Positions 11,423 to 22,240 of a DNA stretch of 64,000 bases are shown here, one piece after another (position 1 is the first letter of the stretch; every line of letters starts with the position of its first letter). The notes beneath the pieces are model-generated. The model saw only the letters and a program-made list of their open reading frames with translations. It was not told the origin of the DNA and did no database searches. Source of the DNA: Candidatus Latescibacterota bacterium. Lineage in GTDB: Bacteria; Latescibacterota; UBA2968; GCA-2709665. The stretch lies in assembly GCA_963667175.2 (NCBI GenBank), contig CAXXXF010000004.1, positions 96,001-160,000 on the forward strand, in the 5' to 3' direction. Made by a program: the position numbers and the translations under genes.

Positions 11423-13117
11423 ATGTCCATGGAAGGCTTCTCGCTCCAAGAGATCGTGGATCTGTTCAGATTCGCTGAGCACACGAATGAACTACACCAG
11501 TCGCTGTTGACTCTCGGGATGCTCATCATCGTTGCCAAGCTGGCCGAGGGCGTTTTTCGCAGGCTGCGGTTGAACGCCATCATCGCCTATGCGGCGACAG
11601 GCATATTTCTCGGGCCGGTCATGGAACTGACCGGCGTCTGGTGGATCGAGTCTTCACTGCACCTCCAGTTGGTTCTGGTGCTGGGTGTGTTCATATTTTT
11701 CTTCCTGATCGGCCTGGACGAAGTGGATATTTCCAGCTTCATGGCGTCCCTCCGAGGCCATTACTTCCTCGCGGCCGTTCTGTCCGTGATCGTGTCGTTA
11801 AGCATCTCGATGCTGGTCACCACCGATCTGGTTTTCGATTTCGGACTGAAACTGAATTTCACCGAGTCGCTGGCGTTGGCCGGCGTGCTGTCGATGACCA
11901 GTCTGGGCATCGTGGCCAAAGTGCTGACGGACGGCGGATACCTGAAACAGCCGGTCGGACTGCAGATTTTCACGGTGGTGATCATCGCCGAGCTGATTGC
12001 CCTGCTGCTGGTCGGCTTCAGTATCGGCGAACACGCCCACCAGGTTTCGCCTGTCGGCATACTGATCCTGCTGGGAAAAGTGGCCGGTTTTTCGGTGCTC
12101 ACCTGGGTATTGTCGTCGCGGGTGCTTCCGCCGTTGGTGGCGCTGTTGCAGCGGGTGATCCAGGTGCCGCAGCTCTCCCTTGGGTTGCTGCTTGGCATGC
12201 TCTTCCTGACCGTGTACGGCGCGGAAGCAGTGGGACTCCACGGCTCACTGGGCGCTTTGCTGTTCGGGGCGTCGCTGTCGAGCCTTCCCTACCAGGTGCA
12301 TCGGGAGATCATTCCCGGGATTCGCAGCGTGGCCGAGGGGTTTTTCGTGCCTCTCTTCTTTGCTTCCGCCGGATTGAGCTTCAGCTTTACCTTCGTAACC
12401 ATGCCGCTGGGGGCCATGGCGGGGTTGGCGCTGATCCCATTGCTCGGCAACTTCACCGGCGCTTTCATCGGAGCTTACGTGTCCCGCCTCGCCGTCCCCT
12501 ACGCCGTGGCCACCGGGCTGATGGGTAAGGGAGTGGCTGAAATCGCGCTGCTGCTGGTCATGTGGGGTTCCGGGATCATTGACGAGGTGGTATTCTCATT
12601 CCTGGTGCTGGTTATGTTCTGCTACATCCTGTTCATGCCGTCGGTGATCAACTTCGCGGTGAGCCGCGCCAGCCGCAGGACCGACCTGCCGGCGCAACTT
12701 GACGACATTCCATCGGGAATCGTCCGCTTCGCGCTGGAAGACATCAGCATCGATGACATTCTGGACCGCTCGCATCGGCATCCGACGTCTTCGGTCACTG
12801 TGCGTGATTTCACGGAGCAGTGGATCGTTCCGCACCAGTCCCACTACGTCGTGGCAGACAAGGACGCGCTGATCGGTATCTTGTCGCTGGAGATGCTCCG
12901 CTACCTGCCTAAGGACGCCTGGGACAAGACCCGGCTCGACGCTGTGGTACGCAGCCAAACCCCATTGGCCTGGCCTGATGAGCAGGTCGAAGACGTGCTG
13001 CAGCGTATGTCAGAGAGTTCTCTATCCGTCATGCCCGTCGTGGAAAGGGATTCGGAAAAGTTCCTGGGCGCGATCACGAGCAACGACATCATCCAGCTCA
13101 TGACCCGGAATTATTAG
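11423..13117 (+). CDS. Cation:proton antiporter (CPA2/NapA-like) with C-terminal CBS pair
   Basis: About 12 TM segments, TSLGIVAKVL, FFVPLFFASAG, GKGVAEI; the C-terminal region has CBS patterns (MPVV...FLGAITSNDI). Confidence 0.88.
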   Translation: MSMEGFSLQEIVDLFRFAEHTNELHQSLLTLGMLIIVAKLAEGVFRRLRLNAIIAYAATGIFLGPVMELTGVWWIESSLHLQLVLVLGVFIFFFLIGLDEVDISSFMASLRGHYFLAAVLSVIVSLSISMLVTTDLVFDFGLKLNFTESLALAGVLSMTSLGIVAKVLTDGGYLKQPVGLQIFTVVIIAELIALLLVGFSIGEHAHQVSPVGILILLGKVAGFSVLTWVLSSRVLPPLVALLQRVIQVPQLSLGLLLGMLFLTVYGAEAVGLHGSLGALLFGASLSSLPYQVHREIIPGIRSVAEGFFVPLFFASAGLSFSFTFVTMPLGAMAGLALIPLLGNFTGAFIGAYVSRLAVPYAVATGLMGKGVAEIALLLVMWGSGIIDEVVFSFLVLVMFCYILFMPSVINFAVSRASRRTDLPAQLDDIPSGIVRFALEDISIDDILDRSHRHPTSSVTVRDFTEQWIVPHQSHYVVADKDALIGILSLEMLRYLPKDAWDKTRLDAVVRSQTPLAWPDEQVEDVLQRMSESSLSVMPVVERDSEKFLGAITSNDIIQLMTRNY

Positions 13118-13294
13118 GTAGTGTGTCGTGGCGCAGGCCTCGAGTTCATTGCCGCGACCGGTGAGGAGGACGTTCAGGACCGGATCGGATTGCTTGCGGA
13201 CCGTCCCGACGTTCGCAGGGCGATGGCCGGCGACCCTGATCGGGGATGGGCCGTGACGGAGAACTGGCTGCCGCCGGGCGTGCGCGGGGAATGA
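13118..13294 (+). pseudogene. Orphan C-terminal gene fragment
   Basis: Open frame VVCRGAGLEFIAATGEEDVQDRIGLLADRPDVRRAMAGDPDRGWAVTENWLPPGVRGE* starts immediately after the antiporter stop, with no RBS or start. Confidence 0.3.
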
Positions 13295-13512
13295 CCTGGT
13301 GAAAGGCGGTGAGACGTAAGAGGGGAGACGTGAGAGGATAGCGCCGGTCCACCGGCCAACGACGTGGCATCGCGATATCAATTCACGGAAGTCCGGCATT
13401 ATTGTGGGGGCGATTCGTGAACCGCCCGCTGGTTAGGCCTCTCCCCCAGGCCGTTGAAAAGCAACGATCAGCCATCAGTATTCAGCCGTCAGTTAGAATT
13501 GAAAGACCAATC

Positions 13513-13666
13513 AGTTGACATCAGCGCAGTGACGTGGCAGGACCATGTATGGCGCAGACCTCTCCCCCCGACCCCCTCTCCCGGAGGGAGAGGGGGGGAA
13601 ACCAGGCGTCCATCAAGCGATGATAGTTTCCCCCTTCCCCCCGGGAAGGGGGACAGGGGGTAGGTC
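13513..13666 (+). repeat. G/C-tract palindromic MITE/REP element, copy 1
   Basis: gttgacatcagcg...gacctctccccccgaccccctctcccggagggagagggggg...cccccttccccccgggaagggggacagggggtaggtc; homologous to 31908-32060. Confidence 0.8.
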
Positions 13667-13687
13667 GGCGGTGAGAAGGGGGCCGCC

Positions 13688-14590
13688 TTGATGATGAGGC
13701 TTTTTTTTAAATCCGTCGTGGCGTTGTCATGCCTGTTTTCCTGTTCAGGCAATGACGACGTGCCGCTCGATGCGCCTGATACGACAGGTCTGTTTACACG
13801 AACCCTTTCTCACAATGGCGTAACAAGGCGATATATCCTGTACGTGCCCGATTCTCTTGACGGAGCTTCCAGAGCTCCCCTGATGCTCAACTTTCACGGA
13901 TTCGGCGGGACCGCAGACCGGCATTTGAGATCCGCGGATATGCGATCGTTGGCGGATTCGGGGAGTTTCATCCTGGTTTATCCTCAAGGAACGTTGCTGG
14001 ACGGAGACCCGCACTGGAACGCCGGTCTGAAGTCAGACACAAACAAGAGCGATGCGGATGACTTCGGCTTTGTGGAAGCGTTAATCGATGAGATCTCCTC
14101 CGACTATACCATCGATCCGGCGAGAGTTTATGCCTTCGGGTACTCGAACGGAGCTTTCTTCGCGTACGCGCTCGCCTGCTATCACAGTGATAGAATAGCG
14201 GCCATCGGTTCCGTTGCGGGGACGATGATGGAGGAAACATACGACAACTGCAGCCCGTCACGCCCAACGGCCATGATAAATCTGCATGGGACATCCGACG
14301 CAGTTGTCCCCTATGACGGGGCGGAGGGATTGAAATCCATTGCCGCCGTGCTTGCGTATTGGACGGACTTCAACAATACCCGTGCAGATCCCACCGTGGA
14401 TCGCATCACCGATGGCGCGACAACGATCGAACGCCATACCTATACGGATGGAGACAAAAATACCTCCGTTGAGCATTACAAGGTCGTCAACGGAGGCCAC
14501 GTCTGGTTCGATATCCGCTACGACGGCGCCAATACAAGCGCATTAATCTGGAATTTTGTCTCGAGATACGACGTCGATGGATTGAGGTGA
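13688..14590 (+). CDS. PHB depolymerase/LpqC-like esterase lipoprotein
   Basis: Lipobox LFSC, NFHGFGG, VYPQG, GYSNG nucleophile elbow, HGTSDAVVPY, GGHVW. Confidence 0.88.
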   Translation: MMMRLFFKSVVALSCLFSCSGNDDVPLDAPDTTGLFTRTLSHNGVTRRYILYVPDSLDGASRAPLMLNFHGFGGTADRHLRSADMRSLADSGSFILVYPQGTLLDGDPHWNAGLKSDTNKSDADDFGFVEALIDEISSDYTIDPARVYAFGYSNGAFFAYALACYHSDRIAAIGSVAGTMMEETYDNCSPSRPTAMINLHGTSDAVVPYDGAEGLKSIAAVLAYWTDFNNTRADPTVDRITDGATTIERHTYTDGDKNTSVEHYKVVNGGHVWFDIRYDGANTSALIWNFVSRYDVDGLR

Positions 14591-14608
14591 CTCGCCAGGA
14601 CCCGGCTC

Positions 14609-15346
14609 TCAATGTTTACGAGCCATGTGTCGATCTTCGTATCTTCCCTTCGGAAACCTTTCTGGATTGAGTTCCTCCGGCAGATAATGCCAGGCCGTAC
14701 TGTAGCGCGTGCGATCGCTGTGGTTATCATAAGCGCCGTGCAGGAGATTGGCCGAAAACAGAACAACCGTGCCGGCGGGAATGACCAGATCCACAGCCCG
14801 CGATTCATCGACCTCCGTCCAACTGCCATGCCTGGCCGGATTCTTGCGGTGCTCGACAATCCTGCCGATCCGGTGGCTGCCGGGCACCACCCGCAAACAC
14901 CCATTCTCCACGTCTGAGTCTTCCAGATAAATCCCGCAACTGATAATGCGATCCGTATCGGTGCCAAAATAAAAATTGTCCTGATGCCAGCCCGTTGACG
15001 TGCCTCCGTTGGGCAACTTCGGAAAAAACTTGGTTCCGAACACATCGATATTCTCACCGGTCAACGCTGCGACGCGGTCCAGAATCGCCGGCTCACGCGC
15101 CAGTTCCAGCACGCGGGCATCGACCACACAAACCCCCTGAACTTTGTGCAACAGGCCCGCCCGGGGTTCGCCGCGTTCGTCCAGCTCGAGCGACCAGTGC
15201 GGCGTCTCTCCGGTCAACGTGCGCCCCTCTGCGACCAGTTCGTCGAACACCTGCTTGTAATAGGCCAATCGTTCGCCCTGTATCAGGGCTTCAAAAACGA
15301 GGTAGCCGTCTTCCCGAAACTGCCGGACCTGTTCGTCAGTCAACAT
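14609..15346 (-). CDS. Phytanoyl-CoA dioxygenase (PhyH) family Fe(II)/2-OG enzyme
   Basis: FREDGYL, WHQD, NGCLRVVPGSH, LLHG...R motifs; RBS ggagg. Confidence 0.92.
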   Translation of the reverse strand: MLTDEQVRQFREDGYLVFEALIQGERLAYYKQVFDELVAEGRTLTGETPHWSLELDERGEPRAGLLHKVQGVCVVDARVLELAREPAILDRVAALTGENIDVFGTKFFPKLPNGGTSTGWHQDNFYFGTDTDRIISCGIYLEDSDVENGCLRVVPGSHRIGRIVEHRKNPARHGSWTEVDESRAVDLVIPAGTVVLFSANLLHGAYDNHSDRTRYSTAWHYLPEELNPERFPKGRYEDRHMARKH

Positions 15347-15423
15347 GAGACCTCCTCCGATTCGCTATGATCAGCCGCAACCAGATCGACGCAAGTGAAC
15401 GCGCGCGCCAGTTGGACGGTATA

Positions 15424-15584
15424 ATCACTCCCCCCTTGAGGGGGAGTCGCAGAAGCCGAGCCGATCCCTGAGCTTGTCGAAGGGCCGGCGAAGGCTGATG
15501 CGGTGGGGGGATTTCAACGTCTTTCATTACCAGTTAGCAGGAAGAAACATGAACGCACGTCGCGAAGAAGCTTTACTGTAGGAC
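15424..15584 (+). repeat. REP-like element (CACTCCCCCCTTGAGGGGGAGTC family) with conserved tail
   Basis: Palindrome at 15426-15448 plus tail gaagaaacatgaacgca...ttactgta, shared with 45801-46016. Confidence 0.8.
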
Positions 15585-15873
15585 TTCAAGACTCCCTCGG
15601 CTCGTGAGCACCCGCGAGGACGGTAGGCAAGATGGTGATGGTCGCAATGGGTCGTTTCGCGGATGAAAATCCCAATGGAAGCCGGAATCTGGTCTCAGCG
15701 CTGCGGGAGAACACAACCGCCCATGGATTATAGCAGACATTCGTTCGTTCTCAAGCTATATTAGGCCACGAATCACGGGTGGAAACCCGCGAACGCGCCT
15801 CGGTCGGGGCGTTGCCCCGTACGCCGACACTTTGGACGTTAACCGAAAGGTAAGATCAGAAAGGAGAAGACCT

Positions 15874-16611
15874 GTGTCAAGAATCGAACCCGCATCCCGG
15901 CTGACCCGCCTGAACGGCGCCAGGATCGGACTTCTGGATCCGGGGAAGCGTACTTCGGGCGCCGTTCTCAAGGCAGTCGGGGAGCGACTCGCGGCAGAGT
16001 ACGACGCGAAAGTGGCCGGCCCCTGGAAAAAGTCATCTCCCTATCGCGTCTGCACAAAGAAGCTTGTGGAGGAGATCGTTCCGCAATGCGATGGGCTTGT
16101 CATGGGCGTGGTGGACTGATGCGGCGCCAGTTCGTGCAGTTTGCACGATATGCTGGAGTTCGAGTTGAGAGGCATCCCCACCGCATACATCACGGCCGCG
16201 GGCAGGGTGCCAATGATCGAGCGCGACGGCGATGGCTTCAGGCTATCGCATGCCACTGGAAACTATCTCGTCGAGGGATGGGAAGACCCGGGGCCGCAGC
16301 CGGACAGGGTCCATCGCAGGCTGATTCACTTCGGCGTACACCGCAGGATGAGGTTGAGCGACGTGAAGGAGGGGGACCGGGTTCGCTACCGCGGCCAGGA
16401 CCTGCGGTGGGAGTATCCTCGAATGGAGCTGGAAGCCAGACACACGCCTTCCGGCGCCGGGGCATGGTCGAGTACCCTTGACGGTGTCGCAGGCTACCGG
16501 AATATCGAACTGCGCGCGCACCTTGCACCCGTGGCAGGCGAAAAATTCGACGAAAGCGTGGAAGAGGCCGTCCCACAGGTGGTGTCGATTCTGACGGGCG
16601 GCAAGGCGTGA
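15874..16611 (+). CDS. Probable UGSC-family selenoprotein (in-frame TGA 16117-16119 read as Sec)
   Basis: RBS aaggag + GTG. LNGARIGLLDPGK...CDGLVMGVVD-TGA-CGASSCSLHD...ELRGIPT continues in the same frame. Hairpin TCGTGCA-GTT-TGCACGA begins 12 nt after the TGA. Confidence 0.78.
16132..16148 (+). promoter_or_regulatory. Bacterial SECIS-like hairpin
   Basis: Perfect 7-bp stem TCGTGCA/TGCACGA with a GTT loop, just downstream of the in-frame TGA. Confidence 0.65.
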
Positions 16612-16642
16612 GCTCAGTCACTGTATCATTCAAGCAGCTTGA

Positions 16643-17443
16643 TTACCCCATCTCCGGCTGGACGATACAGAAGTCAGCGCCTTGCGGATCCCGGGCGACT
16701 ACCATTCGTCCGAACCCGGCGAAATCGTCCGGCTCAGCCATCAATCGCCCTCCGTGCCTCTGCACGTACCCCGCCGACTCGTCAAAATCACCGACCTGAA
16801 AATACACGTACCACTCGGACGCGATCCCTTCTTCAATCATCCGGTCGGGCATCTGCATGATCCCGCTCACAGCCTTGTCTCCCACCAGTACGTTCGAGTA
16901 CAGCGCCGGCTGTGCCTCGTCCGCCGTCACGGTTTCGACTCCGACAGCCTTCTTGAAAAACCGGACCGAAGCCGAACGATCCGTGCTCAGATGCTCCGAC
17001 CAGGCAAACGTGCCCGCCTCCGACGTCACGTCGCAGCCCGCGAACTCGCCCGGTTCCCACAGTGTCACGACGCAATCCGTCGGGTCAGCGATCACCGCCA
17101 TTCGACCCGCGTGATCAACGTCTCTTGAACCCGCCAGCACCGCCCCGCCATTCGCTGCCACCCGCTCGACGACGGCGTCGACGTCCTCCACCGATACGTA
17201 GAGGTTCCACTTCGATGCCCCGTCAGGACGAATCTGCCCGGGACCCGATTCATAAATCGCGGCCGCCGCCGATCCCGCCAGCATGGCCATCGAATAAACC
17301 CCGATGCCCATCTCCCCCATCTCCTCGTCCACGTACTCCCATCCGAATAACCCGGCGTAGAACACTCTCGCGCCCGCCAGATCCGTTGTCGCCAGATCAA
17401 CCCAACACGGCATTCCGTGTCTGTACTTTTCAGCCTTTGGCAT
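16643..17443 (-). CDS. VOC/glyoxalase family protein (two-domain, CFP32-like)
   Basis: GMPCWVDLATTD..FYAGLFGW, GRMAVIADPT, WYVYFQV, DPQGADF. Confidence 0.88.
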   Translation of the reverse strand: MPKAEKYRHGMPCWVDLATTDLAGARVFYAGLFGWEYVDEEMGEMGIGVYSMAMLAGSAAAAIYESGPGQIRPDGASKWNLYVSVEDVDAVVERVAANGGAVLAGSRDVDHAGRMAVIADPTDCVVTLWEPGEFAGCDVTSEAGTFAWSEHLSTDRSASVRFFKKAVGVETVTADEAQPALYSNVLVGDKAVSGIMQMPDRMIEEGIASEWYVYFQVGDFDESAGYVQRHGGRLMAEPDDFAGFGRMVVARDPQGADFCIVQPEMG

Positions 17444-17617
17444 TGAGTTTCCCGATCCCTGGCAGACCCCGTCGACCTGGTTTTCATCATCAATCGCCAT
17501 CGCCCACCCACGTACACCGAACACCGCCTCATACGGGTCCGCCGATCATTCGGCCATGGACGTTTTGCGTCACGTCGGCGCGTGTCCCGCGGTGAATCGC
17601 TGACTCTCGACAAAGCC

Positions 17618-18511
17618 CTACCGGCTCAGGAAGTCCAGCATCACCGCCGCGCACTCCTCCGGTTTCTCGAGCTGCAGAAAGTGTGTCGTTCCGGGCACGA
17701 ACTCGTGGTCGACGCCTGCGGCGGCGCTATAGTCGAATTTCGGACGATTCGGATCCAGGGCGGGATCTGACGCGACGATCCTGGTGGGACATCGCAGGGA
17801 GCCGAAGTCCACAGATACCGCAGGTTGCGAGGCTTCATACCAGATTTGCGCTTCGTACTCGCGAGGGCATCGGAGCTCGAATCCCTGTTCCGTCCCGGAC
17901 TCCCTGAGGGTCGTCCTGGCAACAAGATCCAGGACGCCCGGCACAGCGTGCTGGAAGTAATGGAGGTTGGTATGAAGTTCGGCGAGCTCTTCCCGGGCCC
18001 TGAACCACGGCGCCCTCCAACTGAGCCTGTCACCCGTTCGCACCGCCCGCAGTTCGAACTCCCTGTATCTCGGGCCCGGGTTGCACAGGGGCGGCGCGAA
18101 CAGTACCATCGCGGAGTAGTGACTGCCTCTCGAAGGCGTGTGCATGGCGGCCAGGGCAGAAATGGAGTGGAAGACGCCCACCGTGGGTTTCTCGCCGTAG
18201 AGCCTTTCGATCGCTTCGAAGATGCTGTCGTGGTCGCGGGAAAACGCATCGAAACGGTGGTTTTCCAGGGCTCCGACTTCGTTCCAGCCGTGGTTCCTGA
18301 GGTCATGGACCACCAGGTCGAAGCCAGCGGCCAGCAACGACCAGAACGGGTAGTAGAGGTCGATGGCGAGGCCATTCCCGTGACTGAGGACAAGCCGGGG
18401 ACCCGCCGGATTCCCGTGGCGTCTCAGGACGATGACGGCGGCGGCGTCCACTTTCACGCTGTCAGTGGACAGCGGCTCGGGTATCTCCCAGATGGCTGGA
18501 GGTATTGTCAA
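17618..18511 (-). CDS. Alpha/beta fold hydrolase
   Basis: SHGNG, DLRNHG, GVFHSIS nucleophile region, C-terminal THFLQLEKPE. Confidence 0.85.
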   Translation of the reverse strand: MTIPPAIWEIPEPLSTDSVKVDAAAVIVLRRHGNPAGPRLVLSHGNGLAIDLYYPFWSLLAAGFDLVVHDLRNHGWNEVGALENHRFDAFSRDHDSIFEAIERLYGEKPTVGVFHSISALAAMHTPSRGSHYSAMVLFAPPLCNPGPRYREFELRAVRTGDRLSWRAPWFRAREELAELHTNLHYFQHAVPGVLDLVARTTLRESGTEQGFELRCPREYEAQIWYEASQPAVSVDFGSLRCPTRIVASDPALDPNRPKFDYSAAAGVDHEFVPGTTHFLQLEKPEECAAVMLDFLSR

Positions 18512-18635
18512 ATCAACTTCCCTTCCGGCCGGCGCGACCGCCGGCTGTTGTGCTCAGGGACTCGGGAGGCGGCTTGGCTTGGTTTACCGTTCTATACGAC
18601 ATCGGGGGGAACCTGGTTGGGTGCTGCTGGCCGTC

Positions 18636-18930
18636 TCACCCGAATTTCGCCCGGAACTTCGCTTCTGTTGGCGATGGTGATGGTCGGTCGAAGCCTCGTT
18701 GCATGCAGAGCGCCGCGATGTGCAGAGAGAACTCATCCAGGGTTCGTGCATTGAGTTCAGGGTGATCGTCCTCCAAGATCACTTTAGCTCTGATATAGTC
18801 ACCACCGTCGGGTCCTGGCAGGAATTCTGAGTACACGTCGGCTATGGCTATACCGTCGCCGAGGAATTCACGGAGGGCGGAACGGACCCAAGTCGGAGAC
18901 ATCGACCAAGGTTGTTTCAAGGGCAGCCAT
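18636..18930 (-). pseudogene. Small hypothetical protein, apparently frameshifted
   Basis: RBS ggagg + ATG at 18930 (MAALETTLVDVSDL) is out of frame with the body (VRSALREFLGDGIAIADVYSEFLPGPDGGDYIRAKVILE). Confidence 0.4.
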
Positions 18931-18961
18931 GAGTATCGACCTCCATGCCAAGTCGATTACG

Positions 18962-21900
18962 TCAGCTCGCCTCTCCAGAGAGAATCTCCCAGACCCGCTT
19001 ATATCCGGTGCCGGACAGCGGCACGCCCTCCGGTCTCACCCCGTCCCATTCATCGGCGCCCAGTCCCCGTAGGAAACGCCGCGCTGCTCCCACCGAATAC
19101 CGCCCCATATCCTCACCGGTGACATCCCGGTAGAGGCTCCCTAACCCCTCGGCGGCGCTGCGCGGGGCGGCATTCATCCGCATGAGTACCGCATCTTCGC
19201 TGCTTACACCATGATAGATCATGGCGGGCAGGGCGTTGATCCGTCGCTTGTCGACTTCGGAAAGCGCGTCGAAATCTATCCCCGACACCCGACTCAGCGC
19301 CGAAACACCCCATGTTCCGCTGTTGACGATGGTGCGGTAGATCGCCCTGCACGCATCCGTCAGGGCGGCTGTGCCCACTTCGTCGTCGTTCTCGCGGCTG
19401 AAATACTCCCTCGCGATCGCTTCCAGACCCCTTCCGTTCACCCAGTCGTTGGTGATCTCGGAGATCCGGCTCCGGTCGAACCCTTGCCCCCCCAGCTCGA
19501 TTAGGTCCTGCTTGAGCTGCGGGACCCTCAACATGACGCCGACCAGGTCCGCCATTCTGCCGCCGCTGCCGAACAGGCTCTCCGGCGCCCAGTCCGACAC
19601 GGTGAGCCTGCTCTCCAGATTGCCGATGCCGCCCATTGCCGCCTGGACACCTTCCGGCGAGAACCCGGTGGAATCTGCAAGCTCCGCGATGCCCTGCGGC
19701 ATTTCGGCAAGCTCGCGCGCGTAGCTATGCGTCGCATCAAGAAGGGCATCCGCCTTCTGCCTCTGCTGCGGATCGTTCCGCATCGAGGTATATCCGTAGG
19801 TCTGCCTCAGAAGCTGCTCGGAATCCGCAAGGACCGCATCCAGGTTCTTCTTCTCCGCCCACAGATGTGCGATGTAGCAGCGAAAATCCTCCCACTGATC
19901 CTTCCAGAGTACATCGGACAGCTTCGCCAACGACCCCTGCGCGGCCAGCTCGTCCAGAAGCACAACGAGACGAGAAACGAGCGCACCCGTGTTACGACTC
20001 ACGAACTCGATCAAGGCATCGCGATCGCTCCCCTCGGACAGTCCGACTACACCGACGCTGTCGTGACCAATCCGTCCTGCGCGCCCCACGAGGTTCCAGA
20101 ACTCCCGCGGCGCGATTTCCACCGATCTCGTTCCCTGCGGCACATAGCGCGAGGACAGAAAGACCGACGACACCGGAAAGTTGATGCCCTGGGCGATCGT
20201 CGAAGTCGCGCACAGCATACGCAGGCTGCCCGTTTCCGCAAGCCACTCCATCAGCGCCCGGACATCGTCGGACAACCCCGCATGGTGCACGCCCACGCCC
20301 TTCTCAAGCATGCCGACCAGCCTGAAGTCGGCGCTGATCTCGGTGCGCACGAAGTCCTGAACCAGTCTTATGTCCGACGGTACTTCCTCCATCTCGGGGA
20401 GGCTCCGCGCCGCTTCCCCCGCCATCTTCCAGACCGTGCGAATGTTGTTGGCCACCGCAACACTCGTGCCTCGCGCCGACATCACCGCTCCCATCGCCGC
20501 CGTCTGAAGCCCGAGCCCCTTCTGTGCGCCCTTAGTAAGCACGTGGCTCTTTGGCAAGTCGATCGGCTTCACACCTCCCACGCGGTGCGTTCCGTGAAGC
20601 GGCATGGCCTTCTCGCTGGCGGTCAGCGTCTCGAAATCGAGGTGCCAACCCCCCCGGGCGCTGTCATCGGCCACGGCCCGGTAGAGGCCGATGATTCGCT
20701 CGTTCGGCTTCCACGGAACCGTACCGAGGCTGATTGCGTTCCCCGCGTCGATGTCCTGGGCAAGCCAGCGCGCTACGGACTCAGCTCCCTCCACGTACGG
20801 CATCAGCAGGAGGAAGTTTGCTCGCGGGCAATCCCGCTTTACGGTCGCCAGCAACAGCTCGATCCGCAGGCCCCTGCCTTCCGCCTCCAGATTGTGGGCT
20901 TCGTCCATCACCACCAGCGCGAGAGGACGATCCACCTTTCTGTTCCGGATCACCAGCGACAGCTTCTCGGGCGTCGCGACAAGGATGTCGAACGGCTCGC
21001 TCCTGTCGGCCAGCAACTCTTCCTCGAAGGCGTCCACCTCGACCGCCCCTGTCAACTGCTCGACGCGCAGCCCGATCGGCTCGAAGTCCGTGCGCAGGCG
21101 CCGCGTGATCTGCGCCGACAGCGCACGGGTTGGTGCCACATAGACGACCCATCCCCCGTCGACCTGAAACTGATTCAGCGCCTGGAGTATGCGGAACTGC
21201 GCGAGCAGCGTCTTCCCGCCAGAGGTGGGTAGATCGACCACGATCGCGGTCTTCGCCTGGTCCAGCAGCCCCTGTTCGAGCAGCGCGGCACGCTGAGGCG
21301 GCAAGAGCTCGAACATCGCCTGATGCTCGCGTTTCGTCAGCGAGCGCACGAAGTCCGAGGTCTTCGAATTGACCGTCCGAGTCGCCCACCAAAGAGAATT
21401 AGTCACCATGATACGCGATGTCGCGTGCAGCCAACGCAGAACCACTTCGTGCTGCGCATCCCCCGAAGCGGCCGCCGACTTTATCCCTGCCTCGAAGTGC
21501 TTGTCCAGCGTACCGAACGGATCGCCTGGCTGGCCTTGCAGTATGTAGCTCGCGAGCGTTTCCGTCGCCTTCGCCCAGTTGTAAAGAGCCGCCAACCGCA
21601 GGGCGATTGTCCGGTCCACCGCCTTCGAACCGTTTTGCAGACGACGTTCTTCATGGATTCTCTGGTCATCACGAAGGCCGGAGATTATTTCTCGGATGCG
21701 ATCCAGATCGTCCCAGCCCTCCTTGCGAAAAAGCCGGACCCAGCAATCGAACAGCCTGTAAAGAAGCCTGCGGTCCCATTCCGCATCCGCCACACTCGGC
21801 GCCTTCAGGGCCTCTCCCTGTTCCCGATACCAGCGTCGCAAGTCAGACCAGCGATCGCCGCAATAGGCGATCGCGGAGAGCTGAAGCACGAAGAACAGGC

Positions 21901-22240
21901 GATCCAGCGTCTCCTCCGGTACGGGAAGCAGGCGGCGGATGTCAAAGGCACGGAACGAAGCCGCCACTGCTTGGTCTCTGAGATTCTGGTTCTCTCCCGC
22001 CGGGCGACTCAACTCATCGAGCCCCTCGATGGCGGCGAGCTCGAAGGCGAGCGCCACGCGCACCAGGAACGGTTCCTCGTCAGAGCTTTTCACGAAGGAA
22101 AAGCTGATCTGCCTGCCGACTGCTCGCTGTACTAGCCGCTGGCCCACAAGTTCCCCCGCACGCTCCAACTCATCCGACCCGATGGCAGCGACCGCCCAAT
22201 GTTTGTTCAGCGCCTCCAATGCTCCAGTAGACAGGCTCAT
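18962..22240 (-). CDS. Ski2-like DEAD/DEAH helicase, Hachiman HamB-like
   Basis: PTSGGKT, APTRALSAQ, ATPEK, DEAH, GVHHAGL, ATSTIAQGINFP, NLVGRAGR; long helical N-terminus; coupled to an upstream nuclease gene. Confidence 0.85.
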   Translation of the reverse strand: MSLSTGALEALNKHWAVAAIGSDELERAGELVGQRLVQRAVGRQISFSFVKSSDEEPFLVRVALAFELAAIEGLDELSRPAGENQNLRDQAVAASFRAFDIRRLLPVPEETLDRLFFVLQLSAIAYCGDRWSDLRRWYREQGEALKAPSVADAEWDRRLLYRLFDCWVRLFRKEGWDDLDRIREIISGLRDDQRIHEERRLQNGSKAVDRTIALRLAALYNWAKATETLASYILQGQPGDPFGTLDKHFEAGIKSAAASGDAQHEVVLRWLHATSRIMVTNSLWWATRTVNSKTSDFVRSLTKREHQAMFELLPPQRAALLEQGLLDQAKTAIVVDLPTSGGKTLLAQFRILQALNQFQVDGGWVVYVAPTRALSAQITRRLRTDFEPIGLRVEQLTGAVEVDAFEEELLADRSEPFDILVATPEKLSLVIRNRKVDRPLALVVMDEAHNLEAEGRGLRIELLLATVKRDCPRANFLLLMPYVEGAESVARWLAQDIDAGNAISLGTVPWKPNERIIGLYRAVADDSARGGWHLDFETLTASEKAMPLHGTHRVGGVKPIDLPKSHVLTKGAQKGLGLQTAAMGAVMSARGTSVAVANNIRTVWKMAGEAARSLPEMEEVPSDIRLVQDFVRTEISADFRLVGMLEKGVGVHHAGLSDDVRALMEWLAETGSLRMLCATSTIAQGINFPVSSVFLSSRYVPQGTRSVEIAPREFWNLVGRAGRIGHDSVGVVGLSEGSDRDALIEFVSRNTGALVSRLVVLLDELAAQGSLAKLSDVLWKDQWEDFRCYIAHLWAEKKNLDAVLADSEQLLRQTYGYTSMRNDPQQRQKADALLDATHSYARELAEMPQGIAELADSTGFSPEGVQAAMGGIGNLESRLTVSDWAPESLFGSGGRMADLVGVMLRVPQLKQDLIELGGQGFDRSRISEITNDWVNGRGLEAIAREYFSRENDDEVGTAALTDACRAIYRTIVNSGTWGVSALSRVSGIDFDALSEVDKRRINALPAMIYHGVSSEDAVLMRMNAAPRSAAEGLGSLYRDVTGEDMGRYSVGAARRFLRGLGADEWDGVRPEGVPLSGTGYKRVWEILSGEAS

